The notes under the pieces are model-generated. The model had not been told where the DNA came from and made no database searches. It saw only the letters and a list, made by a program, of their open reading frames with translations. A DNA stretch of 63,794 nt, filler included, from Octopus bimaculoides (lineage: Eukaryota), in the NCBI RefSeq assembly GCF_001194135.2. It is 4 parts of 4 records of this genome, joined end to end, with 100 filler letters (N's around TTAATTAATTAA, not from the genome) between each part and the next. Parts side by side here need not be neighbours in the genome. Positions count along the whole stretch, not along the records: positions 23,763 to 44,411 come from NC_068992.1; 3 more parts are not named here. One strand, 5' to 3'. Below are positions 23,768 to 37,330 of the stretch, piece after piece (the first letter of the stretch is position 1; the number at the start of each line of letters is the position of its first letter). The position numbers and the translations under genes were made by a program.

Positions 23768-25362
23768 CACTCTACTATCCAAAAGTTTAAGATCACCCAA
23801 GAAGAGTTTGTTTCAAAGTGGAATTTTTTGTTCAATGTCATCGATTTAGATAATTTTGGGACATTAAAATATGGAATAACTTAATACATAAAGCTTGGGC
23901 TTTATTCAATATGGAATAACACTATTTATACATATTTTATATGCAAATAATCATATTTCTTGACGGCAAGCCTATTTGGGAATGTTGTCAAAAGCATTTT
24001 AGCGTCCACTTTTTGGCAACATTGCAATACACTTTGGTTATTTCCACTCCTTATTTGCTGTCAGTTGTGATAACATCACTTAATGACAGCGTTAACTGTA
24101 TTATTGTTTCAGGTTCAATTATTAAAAATAAATAAAATTAGTGAAATTCCTAAAAATCAATCTAATTATGGACAAAACTAGTTATTTATCACCTGAAAAG
24201 AGACAACGCATTTTCACATTACCTAGTGAAGGCTATTGTTTTTGAGATATAACCTAAAAAGTTAAAGTTTCCTACACTGCCGTCCCCTCCGCTATTGTAA
24301 GGTATAATAAACAGGAAAAATATAACGACAGAGCTCATCCAGGTCGTTCGAAAGTGACTTCTAAGTTACAGGATAAGTTCATCAGAGTCACCAGTCTTCA
24401 AAATAGACGCTTGACAGCAAATTAAATCACTGCACAAGTAAGTGAAGCTGGCGAAGCTAAGGTGTCTCCTACAACCGTGAGGCGAAAACTCATTGCTGCT
24501 GGTCTAAATGGCCGTTGCACTTCCAGAAAACTATTGCTTTGATCTGTGAATAAACCCAAGTTACTCATATGGGCCAGAAAACACCAAACTTGGACTGTTG
24601 ATCAATGGAAACGAGTCCTCTGGACTGAGGAATCTATGTTTGAAATCTTCAGATCTCAGCGTAGAGTTTATGCAACGCGATGAATTGGTGAACGGATGAC
24701 TCTTGAGTGTATAGTTCTGGCTGTAAAGCACGGTGGGGGAAAGTGTGATGATCTGAAGGTGCTTTGCAGGCAATAATGTTAGGGATATTCATCGGGTAAC
24801 AAGAATACTGAACCAAAACGGGTATCATTGTATCCTCCAGCGTTATGCCATTCCACCTGGGACGATGCTGATCGGTGATAATTTTGGACTGATGCAAGTT
24901 AACAATCCTAAACATGCTTCTAAGCTATGCAAAAACTATTTACAGTAGAAAATGGATGAAAAAGTTGACTGTAATCCCATCGAAATTGTGTGGGATGAAT
25001 TGGATCGCAGGGTCAAAAAGCGACAGCCAAGTAGTGTAGAAACCCTCTGGACACTCTTACAAGAGGAATGGCAAAATATTACCAGTGAATATTTGCTTGC
25101 TCGAAAGAATGTCCAGAGTAAGATCCGCAGTGATCAAGGCCAAGGGTGGATATTTCGATGAATCTAAGATTTAGAGATTATCTTTGGTTTTTCACAGTTT
25201 TGTTGAGTTGCTGAATTAATTATGCCATCCAATGAATGTAACTATACATTAATAAGATATTTCACTAGAATCTCTCACTTATTTCCATTTTGTAGATGTC
25301 TTTTCAAAATAAGTTTACAAACAATGAATCTCAAAGCAAATAAAGCTAAAAATAAAAGAGTG
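23768..25362 (+). mobile_element. Near full-length Tc1 DNA transposon (degenerate)
   Basis: Left end cactctactatccaaaagtttaagatcac. The right end (agagtg|TA) is only tentative. Confidence 0.85.
24168..25174 (+). pseudogene. Tc1 transposase pseudogene
   Basis: MDKTSYLSPEKRQRI..., WARKHQTWTVDQWKRVLWTEES, VKHGG, NNPKH, DCNPIEIVWDEL, VIKAKGGYFDESKI*; multiple frameshifts and stops. Confidence 0.92.
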
Positions 25363-26496
25363 TAAATATTTAGTTNNNNNNNNNNNNNNNNNNNNNNNNN
25401 NNNNNNNNNNNNNNNNNNNNNNNNNNNNNNNNNNNNNNNNNNNNNNNNNNNNNNNNNNNNNNNNNNNNNNNNNNNNNNNNNNNNNNNNNNNNNNNNNNNN
25501 NNNNNNNNNNNNNNNNNNNNNNNNNNNNNNNNNNNNNNNNNNNNNNNNNNNNNNNNNNNNNNNNNNNNNNNNNNNNNNNNNNNNNNNNNNNNNNNNNNNN
25601 NNNNNNNNNNNNNNNNNNNNNNNNNNNNNNNNNNNNNNNNNNNNNNNNNNNNNNNNNNNNNNNNNNNNNNNNNNNNNNNNNNNNNNNNNNNNNNNNNNNN
25701 NNNNNNNNNNNNNNNNNNNNNNNNNNNNNNNNNNNNNNNNNNNNNNNNNNNNNNNNNNNNNNTTAATGATTAAATGCTTTATGTTTTCTAAGTAAAATAC
25801 CAAAAAGGAAAGGAGAAAACTTACAGACTTGTATTTGTGATATGATTTATTTACTGTAGATATGTGATTGATAATCTGAGATCTTATCAAAGTTTTGTTT
25901 CTTTGAATCTTATCCTATTCCTTCAGCTCAGTAGTTTCGTTCTACTTGAATCTTTGTTAAGTTTGGTGTGAAAACGTTAATGTTTATTACTGTTTGTTCG
26001 AACACTTTAGGAAAGCCTTCTCTCCATACTTTTGATATTTGATGGCTTCCATTAAGGGAAGCCGACATTTGTCAACTTCCAAGAAAGTAAGATTCACATG
26101 ACAATAATAGTCAAAGATTTTGCATAGTATAAAAAGCTAATAAATAGAAAATTATATATTTCCTTAGCATGCAAACAAAATAAACCGCTAAAGTGAAGAA
26201 AGTGAAACAGCCACAAGATCTGTATTTGAATTCAAGAGATAAGAGAAAGATCCTTAAATTAATCTAAAATAATCGGAAGTAGTCCATAGAAGAATTATTC
26301 ACAGAAAAACTATTAGACGTTTCCTGAAGGAATTTGGAGATTGTGGTTGGTCTCCAGCATTGTTGCGAGTAATTGCTTGATTCGTTGTATGATTTCCTAT
26401 TCAATATATTTTTCTTCTATTCGCTTCATAATTTTCGAATATGGACTAAGATGAAATGACCAATTCAAAGATAATTACTTACCGACGACTAAAAGC

Positions 26497-26602
<106 letters not shown>

Positions 26603-26976
26603 NNNNNNNNNNNNNNNNNNNNNNNNNNNNNNNNNNNNNNNNNNNNNNNNNNNNNNNNNNNNNNNNNNNNNNNNNNNNNNNNNNNNNNNNNNNNNNNNNN
26701 NNNNNNNNNNNNNNNNNNNNNNNNNNNNNNNNNNNNNNNNNNNNNNNNNNNNNNNNNNNNNNNNNNNNNNNNNNNNNNNNNNNNNNNNNNNNNNNNNNNN
26801 NNNNNNNNNNNNNNNNNNNNNNNNNNNNNNNNNNNNNNNNNNNNNNNNNNNNNNNNNNNNNNNNNNNNNNNNNNNNNNNNNNNNNNNNNNNNNNNNNNNN
26901 NNNNNNNNNNNNNNNNNNNNNNNNNNNNNNNNNNNNNNNNNNNNNNNNNNNNNNNNNNNNNNNNNNNNNNNNNNNN

Positions 26977-27009
<33 letters not shown>

Positions 27010-27010
27010 A

Positions 27011-27097
<87 letters not shown>

Positions 27098-27149
27098 AAT
27101 ATACTATATATATATATATAGTGAGACGAAAAACTACCTATATAAAAAA

Positions 27150-27780
27150 AAGACGTCAGAAAAGAATTTACCAAGAAATTCAAGATATTATTCGATTATT
27201 AATTCACACCGAATCAGGATAGATTTTTCTGACACAAAAAATCTTTCACAAATCATCTCTTCGCATAACAAGTTGTTAAATACAAATCCACTAAGTGAAA
27301 ATATTAACATTGATTTTGTTAACACTAACCATTCTTTAAATAATAATAGCAGCGGTATTAGTGTTTCTGATGTTGACTCCAATCTTACTCATTTTCTTAG
27401 CAGTAATTTCAGGACTAGAAACTCTATTTATCAATGTAAAGTTACTTCCGGTTCTGACGTTTTTTTTTTATATAGGCAGTTCTTCATCTAAGTTGTCCAA
27501 AAGAATATCTAATCATTACTCTACATTTAGATATATAGATAAACGTAACAATACTGGGCTTAGTAAATTAATTTGGTATCTAAAGGATCATAATAAACAA
27601 TTTGATTTGGAATGGAATATTCTCTCTATATCTTTTCCGTATGATAAAGATAAATCTTTTTGTCCGCTTTCTAACAGTGAAATGTATTTCATCTTGTTCT
27701 CAGAGAATCCTCTTCTAAACACGTTTATAGAACGCGTTTATCGTTGCTAACATTGGCAGAAACATACCTTTAGTTCCTAT
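27150..27780 (+). mobile_element. Penelope-like element (Neptune-type) 3' ORF remnant with GIY-YIG endonuclease
   Basis: RIDFSDTKNLSQIISSHNKLL, IYQCKV, YIGSSS..KRISNHYSTF..NTGLSKLIWYLK..LEWNIL..YDKDKSFCPLS..LLN. Confidence 0.85.
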
Positions 27781-28412
27781 AAGTGATTTCTACCATTCTA
27801 TAAAATTCGACCTTTGACTGTCTTTTTACATTTCACTTTCACTAAATATATCTACTTCCATGCTTTTAAGCTTTATTCTTATTCACCTATTGCTCTATAT
27901 CTTTCCACTATTAGTTTTCTGCTAATTTCTTTCTTTCTCTTCCTTCTCCTTCTGTAAACTACCTTTGATATATCTACTAACGGTTTTTATAAAAAAAAAG
28001 CAACAAAAAACTTGCTAGTGTTCCCTTCATCATATACGCAGTCATCACATTTGTCAAAATGTCTTATTGATGTGTTTGGTTTCTTTCTTTCTCTGATGAG
28101 AAGATTGCATTGTTTTACACCATTTTATTCCTTCTGGAAAAATACCAATGTTTTCTTCGAAACATATGTCGGAAGCTGTTACATCCTTGATACTTGTATG
28201 AATTTTTGCTACCCTGGTAACTACTTATTTATTTTTTTCCATGTTATTTGTTAACATTGAAAAATACACACACACACACACATATACACTCCTGAATACC
28301 TCTCATACAAACCACAAACAGCTGGTCCAACATACCTCACAGAAGATCAAGAAATGAAATACTTGACATACAAAAATAAATAAATAAAATAAAATAAGAA
28401 TAAAAAGAGATT

Positions 28413-29140
28413 ATGCATGGGTACGTTTCCCAAAGTCTTGGGATTGACACTAATATTGACATGAAGTGCAGCCTTTTATGGACTCGAGACCACAACATCA
28501 CATTACTCTTAGAAGACTTTGTGCTTGCAATCGAAGAGTAGGTGATTGCTACAAAATAGTGAAGCACTTGGACACCTAAGATGCAGGTAAAATTGGTGTT
28601 TATGTCATATTTCTGTGGAAGACATCACATATGTGATTAGCAGCCGCCCAAAAATGTCCCCACTGTTCTACATCCTAATGAGATATAACATCGTTGATAA
28701 AACAATGTACAACGACATCTGAAATAAAAGACTGTTATTTGATGATAAATACAGAAAATCCCACACTTATTGAATACATACTTAAACGCTAACTCAAGAA
28801 GTATTGGTGGAACATTATGTACAAATATAACAAGCCAGATTTAGTTGCTTGGAACAAAGAAGAAAAAGTATGTACAATCATAGAGGTCAATTGTCCTGTT
28901 GATGTGGATATCCTTTCAAAAATCAAAGAGAAAAGGCATAACCATGGAAAACTGATTTGAAACCTTCATCTTCTGTACCCTGATTTTAAGTTCACATTTA
29001 AAACAAAATAGTTGGTGGACTTACCTTTGTTAGTAAATGCCTAAGTGACAATCTTGAAAAGCTTGAGTGTTTAGAAAAACAACGAGTTAACACGCATATT
29101 TTAAATAACATCTATAAGTGGAACCGAAAAATACACACTT
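28413..29140 (+). mobile_element. R4/Dong-like retrotransposon 3' remnant (zinc knuckle + RLE)
   Basis: VEDITYVISSRPKMS, KYWWNIMYKYNKPDLVAWNKEEKVCTIIEVNCPVDVDILSKIKEK; same group as 10540-12400. Confidence 0.82.
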
Positions 29141-31119
29141 TTCCCGTAAAAATATACACAATTCAATATGACAAATTGCTTTTGTTCCAACGATGGAGTT
29201 TCGTATCTTTCTTATAAACCAGCTTCTTCCTTAGAGGAGGACTCGAGATATCTTAAAATAGAAGACAGCATATAAACATGCATACTCATACATACATACA
29301 TACATACATACATACATAAAGACAGACAGACACGCATATATATACATATATGAATATATACTCCTATATACATACACACTCACATATATATATATACATA
29401 TACAAGCACATATATTTATGCATACACATATGTATACATATATGTGTGTCTATGTATATGTATATAAATAAATACCAACTAAAAGACTGATGGCATTACA
29501 TTTAGTTTGATGTTACGACCGTTTTTACAACAGATGGAGCATATGAATACTTTAACCTGGTAGAAATGTATAACCATAAATATTAAATAGTTTGTAATTT
29601 TAAGTTATATTACATGCGTTCCACCTATCGTCTCATCAAGACTATGAACAGCTCATTATACACGCACTTAGGTGAATATACCTATATACATACACAATTA
29701 TTAGGAAGAGCTTGTAGTGTTGTAGCAAGGACAGAGACAAGAAAATTGTGTACTATTCACTAAAACGGATTGTATCCAGGACTTATTAACTGGACTAGAC
29801 TGTTAAACAATAGGCTGCTGGAGCAGGTAAAGCGGAATTTAAATTTGGGTTTCAAAAAACTGGGAGTTATAAATTAACTAGGATGGGTATATTTAGAGTA
29901 ACTTGAAAGAAAAAGAAATGATTATGGAGAGAAATAGAGTGGGAAAAGCGAGAAAGAAAAAAGAGATAGATATAGAAGGAAGAAGTCAGAAAACAATGAA
30001 AGACGTTTCAGATGCAGTAGGATATAAATTATTAAACAGGTTCTCGCAATTTTTTATAGAATGTATAGTGAGTCAAAACAGTCAATTCATAATAGCGTAG
30101 AAATATAATATAGTGATACAGAAATGAATGATAAAAAATTAATAAGAAAAAAATATAATATGATGTAAAGTATATAGAAATTAATGCAAGTAGAAACAAC
30201 CTCTAGTTAAACACGAAAGTGAAAAGGAAAAGATGAAATGTGAAGTAAAAGATATCTTAGAATGAGATAATGAGCTGGTAGCTGAAGTTCTTGAGACTAC
30301 TCAGTTCTCATATAAGTGATTAAGGGGTTGCTACACTATAGATAAAGAAATATAAGAGATGAAAGGGAGTCACAGTGAGAAATGAAATACAGTCAGTATA
30401 AATGTACATGTATATCTATTTACACACTCTGACATTTTAAAGAGAATTTATCCAGCTGTGTATGCATCGCATTAACGTCTCATTAAGGTTGTTTCTTAGT
30501 TCTGATTTACATGTTTGAAGTTCAAGTTCCTCCATGTAACATTAATTACAATTACCCCCAACCACTAGATGGAGAAGTGCAGGCCGCATAACGGACCACG
30601 AAATAGAGAAATTAATATATTTGTCTTCATAAATTTGACTAAAGATGGTTTACATAAATTTTTCCTATCATTAAAAGAATTTAGGAGATTGCTGAACCTC
30701 ATTTCAAATTCCGACACTGTGCAGTTCGGAAATGTTAGTTGTATAGTTATTTAAGATGATATTACGGAGTGATATAGAATAAGTAAAACAATTTGTGTTA
30801 GAATGAAAAGTATCTTTAACGGGAGCTAGATATACCTTTTCCGCAGTTTAAGTTCGCTTTCGGAATAGAAGTGTACACGGGCATTTCTACAATATTTTCC
30901 CGACCATTACAAAACACGTTCCCCATATCATAAATATTGTAGGTTATTTAATAGGCATACAGTTAAATTTCCTACAACTTCTAAATTTAACCGCGATGAT
31001 TAATAGAAATTAAGCAATATTGGTAATAATCGTAAGGGGTTAAAGTGATTCTGGTAGTTCGTCTATATCTAGTATCAAGGTCTACATTTTGTCTCTATTT
31101 TTGTAACTAACAACAATCA

Positions 31120-31150
<31 letters not shown>

Positions 31151-31959
31151 TGTATGTATGTATGAATGTATATATANNNNNNNNNNNNNNNNNNNNNNNN
31201 NNNNNNNNNNNNNNNNNNNNNNNNNNNNNNNNNNNNNNNNNNNNNNNNNNNNNNNNNNNNNNNNNNNNNNNNNNNNNNNNNNNNNNNNNNNNNNNNNNNN
31301 NNNNNNNNNNNNNNNNNNNNNNNNNNNNNNNNNNNNNNNNNNNNNNNNNNNNNNNNNNNNNNNNNNNNNNNNNNNNNNNNNNNNNNNNNNNNNNNNNNNN
31401 NNNNNNNNNNNNNNNNNNNNNNNNNNNNNNNNNNNNNNNNNNNNNNNNNNNNNNNNNNNNNNNNNNNNNNNNNNNNNNNNNNNNNNNNNNNNNNNNNNNN
31501 NNNNNNNNNNNNNNNNNNNNNNNNNNNNNNNNNNNNNNNNNNNNNNNNNNNNNNNNNNNNNNNNNNNNNNNNNNNNNNNNNNNNNNNNNNNNNNNNNNNN
31601 NNNNNNNNNNNNNNNNNNNNNNNNNNNNNNNNNNNNNNNNNNNNNNNNNNNNNNNNNNNNNNNNNNNNNNNNNNNNNNNNNNNNNNNNNNNNNNNNNNNN
31701 NNNNNNNNNNNNNNNNNNNNNNNNNNNNNNNNNNNNNNNNNNNNNNNNNNNNNNNNNNNNNNNNNNNNNNNNNNNNNNNNNNNNNNNNNNNNNNNNNNNN
31801 NNNNNNNNNNNNNNNNNNNNNNNNNNNNNNNNNNNNNNNNNNNNNNNNNNNNNNNNNNNNNNNNNNNNNNNNNNNNNNNNNNNNNNNNNNNNNNNNNNNN
31901 NNNNNNNNNNNNNNNNNNNNNNNNNNNNNNNNNNNNNNNNNNNNTATATATGGGTGTGC

Positions 31960-32130
31960 ATCTATGTACGGGTGTTTATGAGTCTGTGGTTGTCTCCTCA
32001 TCATCGCTTAACGTCTCTGTAACTTAGCGATTCAGTAATAGAACAAGTACTAGGCTTAAGAAATAAGTCCTGGGGTCGATTTGTTCGAGTAAAACCCTTC
32101 AGGGCGGTGCTCCAGCATAGCCGCAGTCCT
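31960..32130 (+). mobile_element. SINE family A 3' module
   Basis: gtaacttagcg..aagtactaggctta..cctggggtcgatttg..ggcggtgctccagcat. Confidence 0.75.
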
Positions 32131-32159
32131 CGTAACTTAGCGGAAATCATCACACCAAG

Positions 32160-33760
32160 ACAATTAATCACAACAGTTGTAAATGGTTGGATTTCAGAAA
32201 TCCAAGTGTATCCATAAGCAGGAGTGAGTCGACAGCTTTATGCTGACACGTTGGTATTAAAGCGGAGAAGAAGAGTCTTAAACAAGGGAGAAGAATGCGT
32301 CGCTCCCGGCTCACCAAGCTTTCAGAATTAGTTGAGTTGATGAGGGGGATCGTGAATAACAAATAATAGTAGAGAAAAGAGCAATTAAAATAGAACCGAT
32401 CAGATTGTAGCGGTAGAAGAACAGAGTGACTTAGACACTTAAAAGAGGCGTTCAGTAAAGGCATTACAACGGACGTGCTCACGGCGAGATTAGCTCTCAC
32501 CCAATTGCTTAAGTCAAGAAGACTGAATTGTCACAACTAAGGCATGTGCTTTAAGCCAGTAGAAGACGAAAGTCGTTCGATCCGAGTCGCAGAGTCGCAA
32601 CGTCACAACGAAGCCACACTTCAGTCTTGGTAGGTCACAATGAGTGCATGTTACTCAATCTCAAACAAACGTGTACAACTTTACAGCTGCTCTTCGGCGG
32701 ACTGTGACTCTAGGCAGGAGCTGGGTGTTATGCAAAAAGTCGATAACCAGCGCAGAAATACGGGAAGCGATAGTTGGCTGCACGCATGGGGAATCGTCTG
32801 ATTAGGATGGTTTACTCTGCAAGCTTTACTTTTATACACGAAACTTGTTTCGGTATCTATTGGCAGGTATCTGCTGCAACAGGCTGTAGAACAGGAGAAT
32901 TCCCACTTCTGTGAGTCGAGAAACGGTGGCGCTGCTGAAAAAGGATTCAAGAAGGCGGTCACATTGATAATTTTCGAAGCATATCTCTCTTAAATGCAGA
33001 TTTAAAAAAATTAGGCAAGGTGCGGCGAAAGAGGATGGCTCTTGTCGATGGTCCAACAGGTGATGCGCAAACATGCGCCATTTTGAAGAGGTCAATTCAT
33101 GACAACTTCGATCTTATACAATAGAGTTTCGGTTCCGACTTCCGCGGTTGTATTGCTGTAATGTATAGCAACAAGTGCTGGGTGGTTAGGATGAATGACC
33201 ATCTATCGGAACTATTCAGCATTAAGCGTTGGGTCCGTCATGTCTGTCACCTTTCATCACTTCTGTATGTGCTGATTTTTTAGCTACCATTGCAAAAAGA
33301 CGTTGAGGAGCATCCCGCGCACACTAGCATGCGAAAGATCCGTGTCGGCGATCGCAGACGACATCACCGTCATACTGTCGCACATCAGACACATCGAAGT
33401 GATCGGCACAGCTCTACACGGGACTACGACGTTGTGGAAGGAACAAAAGGAAAAGTGAGTGGCCCTGCGGCTCGTCACATGGAAAGGCAGGTCCATGACT
33501 TCCAACAACATCGTAAAGTGCTGAAAAGATGTGTCGATTAAATTGCTCGGGGTCTATGTTGGTCCAGGACAAGGCGACGAGCAAGGTGGCCAGTCTCACA
33601 CAGGAAGAAGCTAAGAGGAGAAAACTGCATCTGAAAGGTGAAGCAGGACTAGCGAACGCTTACGTCACTTTCCCAGTTCACGACTAACCGGGCTGCAGCG
33701 TCTGCGCTTCTGCTTTTTGTGGAGGGGACGTGTTCTGCAGGTCAAACGATATAGCTTCAC
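32160..33760 (+). mobile_element. L1/Tx1-clade LINE ORF2 remnant
   Basis: IDNFRSISLLNADLKKLGKV, AQTCAILKRSIHDNFDLI, VSAIADDITVIL, KLLGV; heavily frameshifted. Confidence 0.85.
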
Positions 33761-34700
33761 ACATCTAGGTGGCGATATGATGCTTAGGAAAAATCATCAA
33801 CAATAATAAAACGTGAAGCGGACGGCCATAAAACTGTTTCTTGAAGTGAGAAGAAAATATTACTAATTTTGTTACAGAAAATGTAATTATCTTTCTGTAT
33901 CAACTAGAAATACACGAAGAGTTAAAGATGCAGCAATAAAAACAAACAGCAACAACAAAATACAAAATAAAAATAACAAAAAAAAAACAATAAAAAACAA
34001 GTTCTACATCGTAGCCAGGTGCGACTGAAAAATCTTATAATCTCGCAAATTATATTTGATCAAAATTAATCGTTAAAAGATTATAACTGATGGTTTTATA
34101 TCAGTCGAGGAACTGGTAATTATAACAAAATTTATTGTTTGTTTACTCCTCTTTCCTTCATCGATCCCATGTTGTTTTCGTCGCCTATGAAAGATAGTGA
34201 AGCTTGTCAGTTGGAAAATTTCTGGACATTTGAAGGTTGATGAGACTTAATTAATGAAATTATAAATTTGTTACAGAGTAGTTAATGTATGAAGCTGTTG
34301 ATCATGTTTGATGATATAGAAAAGATAAGCGTTCCAACCGTAACTATCCTGAATTTCTTTTTCTGGGAAGAACTTTTTTTTTTATCTGTGCATTTTCTAT
34401 CACGACCCTCTTATTTATTTAAGACGTTATGTTCTTGATTTGAGAAGATTTGACTGATTTATTTTCTATGAGATTGTGACCAAGTAGAAACACTCGAGTT
34501 GATTTGATGGCAATGTGATTCCTTCGATTTGGAAGCGAAAATTAGAAATGGAAATAACTGAAGAAAGTGACTTAAACCAACGGAGAAAACAACAGTGAGT
34601 TTGCTGCTTAGGCCCTGGTGCTTCAACCGCTACAACGCTGCTTTTTAAAATACCGCATATACTTTTTCAAGAACGACGTTATTCAATATATCACCAAAGT

Positions 34701-35142
34701 AAGGCGGCGAGCTGGCAGAAACGTTAGCACGCCGGCCGAAGTGCTTAGCGGTATTTCGTCTACCGTTACGTCCTGAGTTCAAATTCCGCTGAGGTCGACT
34801 TTGCTTTTCATCCTTTCGGGGGTCGATAAATTAAGTACCAGTTACGCACTGGGGTTGATGTAATCGACTTAATCCCATTGTCTGTCCTTGTTTGTCCCCT
34901 CTATGTTTAGCCCCTTGTGGGCAGTAAAGAAATAAGATACGTTAGCATGCCGGGCGAAATGCTTAGCGGTATTTCATCTGTCTTTACGTTGTGAGTTCAA
35001 ATTCCACCGAGGTCGACTTTGCCTTTCATCCTTGGGGTGGGGGTGGGGGTCGATAAATTAAGTACCAGTTGCGTACTGACGTCGAACTAATCGACTGGCC
35101 CCCTCCTCCAAAATTTCGGGCCTTGTGCCTACAGTAGAAAAG
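34701..35142 (+). mobile_element. SINE family B dimer (full copy + head-truncated copy) flanked by TSD
   Basis: aatatatcaccaa(a)gt at 34685-34700 and 35143-35157; junction at ~34938. Confidence 0.85.
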
Positions 35143-35255
35143 AATATATCACCAAGTTAGAATTTGCCTGTCATCCTTTCGATGTCGATAAAATAAGAAC
35201 CAGTTGAATACTGAGATCGATGTAATCGACTTACCTCCTTCCCCGAAATTGCATG
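35143..35255 (+). mobile_element. Older SINE B fragment (host of the dimer insertion)
   Basis: tttgcctgtcatcctttcgatgtcgataaaataagaaccag core. Confidence 0.7.
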
Positions 35256-36577
35256 GTTGTTGTTGTTCTGTTTAGAATTCTGATCAGCATTTCTGCTGTG
35301 ACATACCATTCTTGTTTTTCAGACTATATCTAAGACCGCATAATCCAGTGTGTCCTCTCCGCGTTGTAATATGTTAGGGGATGATTTGAAATAGATTTAT
35401 CTTATTCTACCAGATGTATTGTCGATATAAATTTCCCGTCGTTGGATATAAAAACACATGGTGTGGTACTTAGTCAAAAGAATAACAGAAGCCTTGTGAA
35501 GCAGAAATGCATCAAAGGACCAGAGCCAAGTAATTAGAATTTATAAAAGCCTTCCTTTAATCTATCAAGCAATAATATCAGAGTATTGCTTCAACAAATC
35601 TGGTGATAAAATATTCTCAGTACGCATGCACAAAAAATAGAGTAAAATCGTCGAAACGTAGAGAAATATATCTTTAAAAGCAACAACCGAATACAATTAA
35701 CCAGATAGGAAATTATTAAAAAGAAAATACTAAAAGAAGGTAAATGCGGATAACAACAGAACACATCAAGAACGAAAATCATGAAACAACAGAACATAAC
35801 TACAATACAATCCCTGCTTCAATATATTATGGCTGTAACATTAAAGAGAAGAAGAAACGATATTGAACAGAACAAATAGTATAGGAAAAAATAAACAAAA
35901 CAGGCAAAAGAAAACGTAAAGTGTTCAGTTAAGTAAATAAATGCCTCCAACGTGAGATGCAGAAAAAATTAGAAACATTTTAAGAGCTAAATTATACAAA
36001 CTGTGTAAAAGCAGCAATATCTACATAGATGTTAGAGAACAAGTGAATTACACATTAGAAGTAATTACATGATAACTAATTGATGTAGATATATCGGATA
36101 TAAACCAATTAATGCAGTAAACCATAGCGAGGGTATTCATTAACGCTGCTGATATAGAAATCTCCGAAAACATGCAGAATCCAGAATGACTGGTAGAATA
36201 AAAAAAACAACAACAAAACAAAACAGAAACAAAACAATTTTCGTCACAATAGAAACAGTAAGTTGCGGTGCTACCAAATTATTGGAAAAATCTATTGTCA
36301 CTAAATCTTTATTTCTTATCCAAGACTCTGGAATTAGAATTAAGTGTATTCTATCAATTCTGCTCAATTTTCTCCATTTCACTACCTAATTGTGATACCT
36401 AACATAGACATAGAATATTTTAAGGAATGCATGGTTGATTAAACTGACCTTAGTACACAGCTGGTACTTACCAACCGCAAAAGGAGGAAAAGTAAAGCCA
36501 ACCACAGTGAGGATTTTATTGCGAATATAAAGGATTCCAACTATATACCTCAGTATCTATATGTATACCTAATAAAG

Positions 36578-36806
36578 GGTGGCGGGAGATTGGCCGATTT
36601 ATTACAGCATTGGTGAGCTAGGCACATTAGTGTGCTTTGCGCTATATATTCCATCTCTTTATGTTCTGAGTTCAAATTCCACCGAAGGTGACCTTACCTT
36701 TCATCCTTTCGGGGTCGATAAACAAGTACCAGTTAAGAACTGGGGTCGATGTAGTCAACTTACCTGCTCCCCCAATTGCCGACTTTGTGCTACAATTTGG
36801 AAACAA
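36578..36806 (+). mobile_element. SINE family B
   Basis: Family core present. Confidence 0.8.
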
Positions 36807-37130
36807 TATCAGAAGACTACGTATCTGTAGCAGAGATTCCATATAATCTACAACACTGTTCGTTATTCATGGACCCTTAAATGGATAGAGATGTATGAAA
36901 TGTCTCCTGTAGCTACAGAGTCTTATGAAAACAAACATACCCACATTTGAAAAGGAAATAATACTAAAAGTAACAAGAGAAGGTTACAGCACTTTCGAAT
37001 TACATTAAAAAAAGGGAATATTTCATGGAGATTCGCTCTTATCATGTCTCTCGTTTGGTATGACGCTAAAATTAAGAAAAAGATGCGATAAGCTGATCTG
37101 ACCAAACTATGCTACGTTATCTATATCACA

Positions 37131-37207
37131 TTGTGGAGGCACAATGGCTTAGTGGTTAGGGCAGCGGACTCGCGGTTGTAGGATCGTGGTTTCGATTCCC
37201 AGATCGG
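37131..37207 (+). mobile_element. SINE family C head only
   Basis: gtggaggcacaatggcttagtggttagg..ggtttcgattccc (A and B boxes), then truncated. Confidence 0.75.
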
Positions 37208-37330
37208 ACTTTTATTTAATTATATGTTGATTACTCTTTTATACCTATGTTAATTGGTACCAAAACGTGTTTCTTATGTAATAGATTACGTGACCAGCTT
37301 GGTCACTTACCATACCTTTATTATGTCTTA

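Noticed and set aside
35610-35670. Additional hammerheads (here, 28093-28140, 29200-29245, 30000-30045)
   Set aside because: Each has only half of the core (GAAAC or CTGATGA) or lacks a properly placed stem II.
36140-36382. ORF with one LRR-like stretch (DLVTIDFSNNLV)
   Set aside because: Single motif, no convincing splice sites, and it runs into a low-complexity tract.
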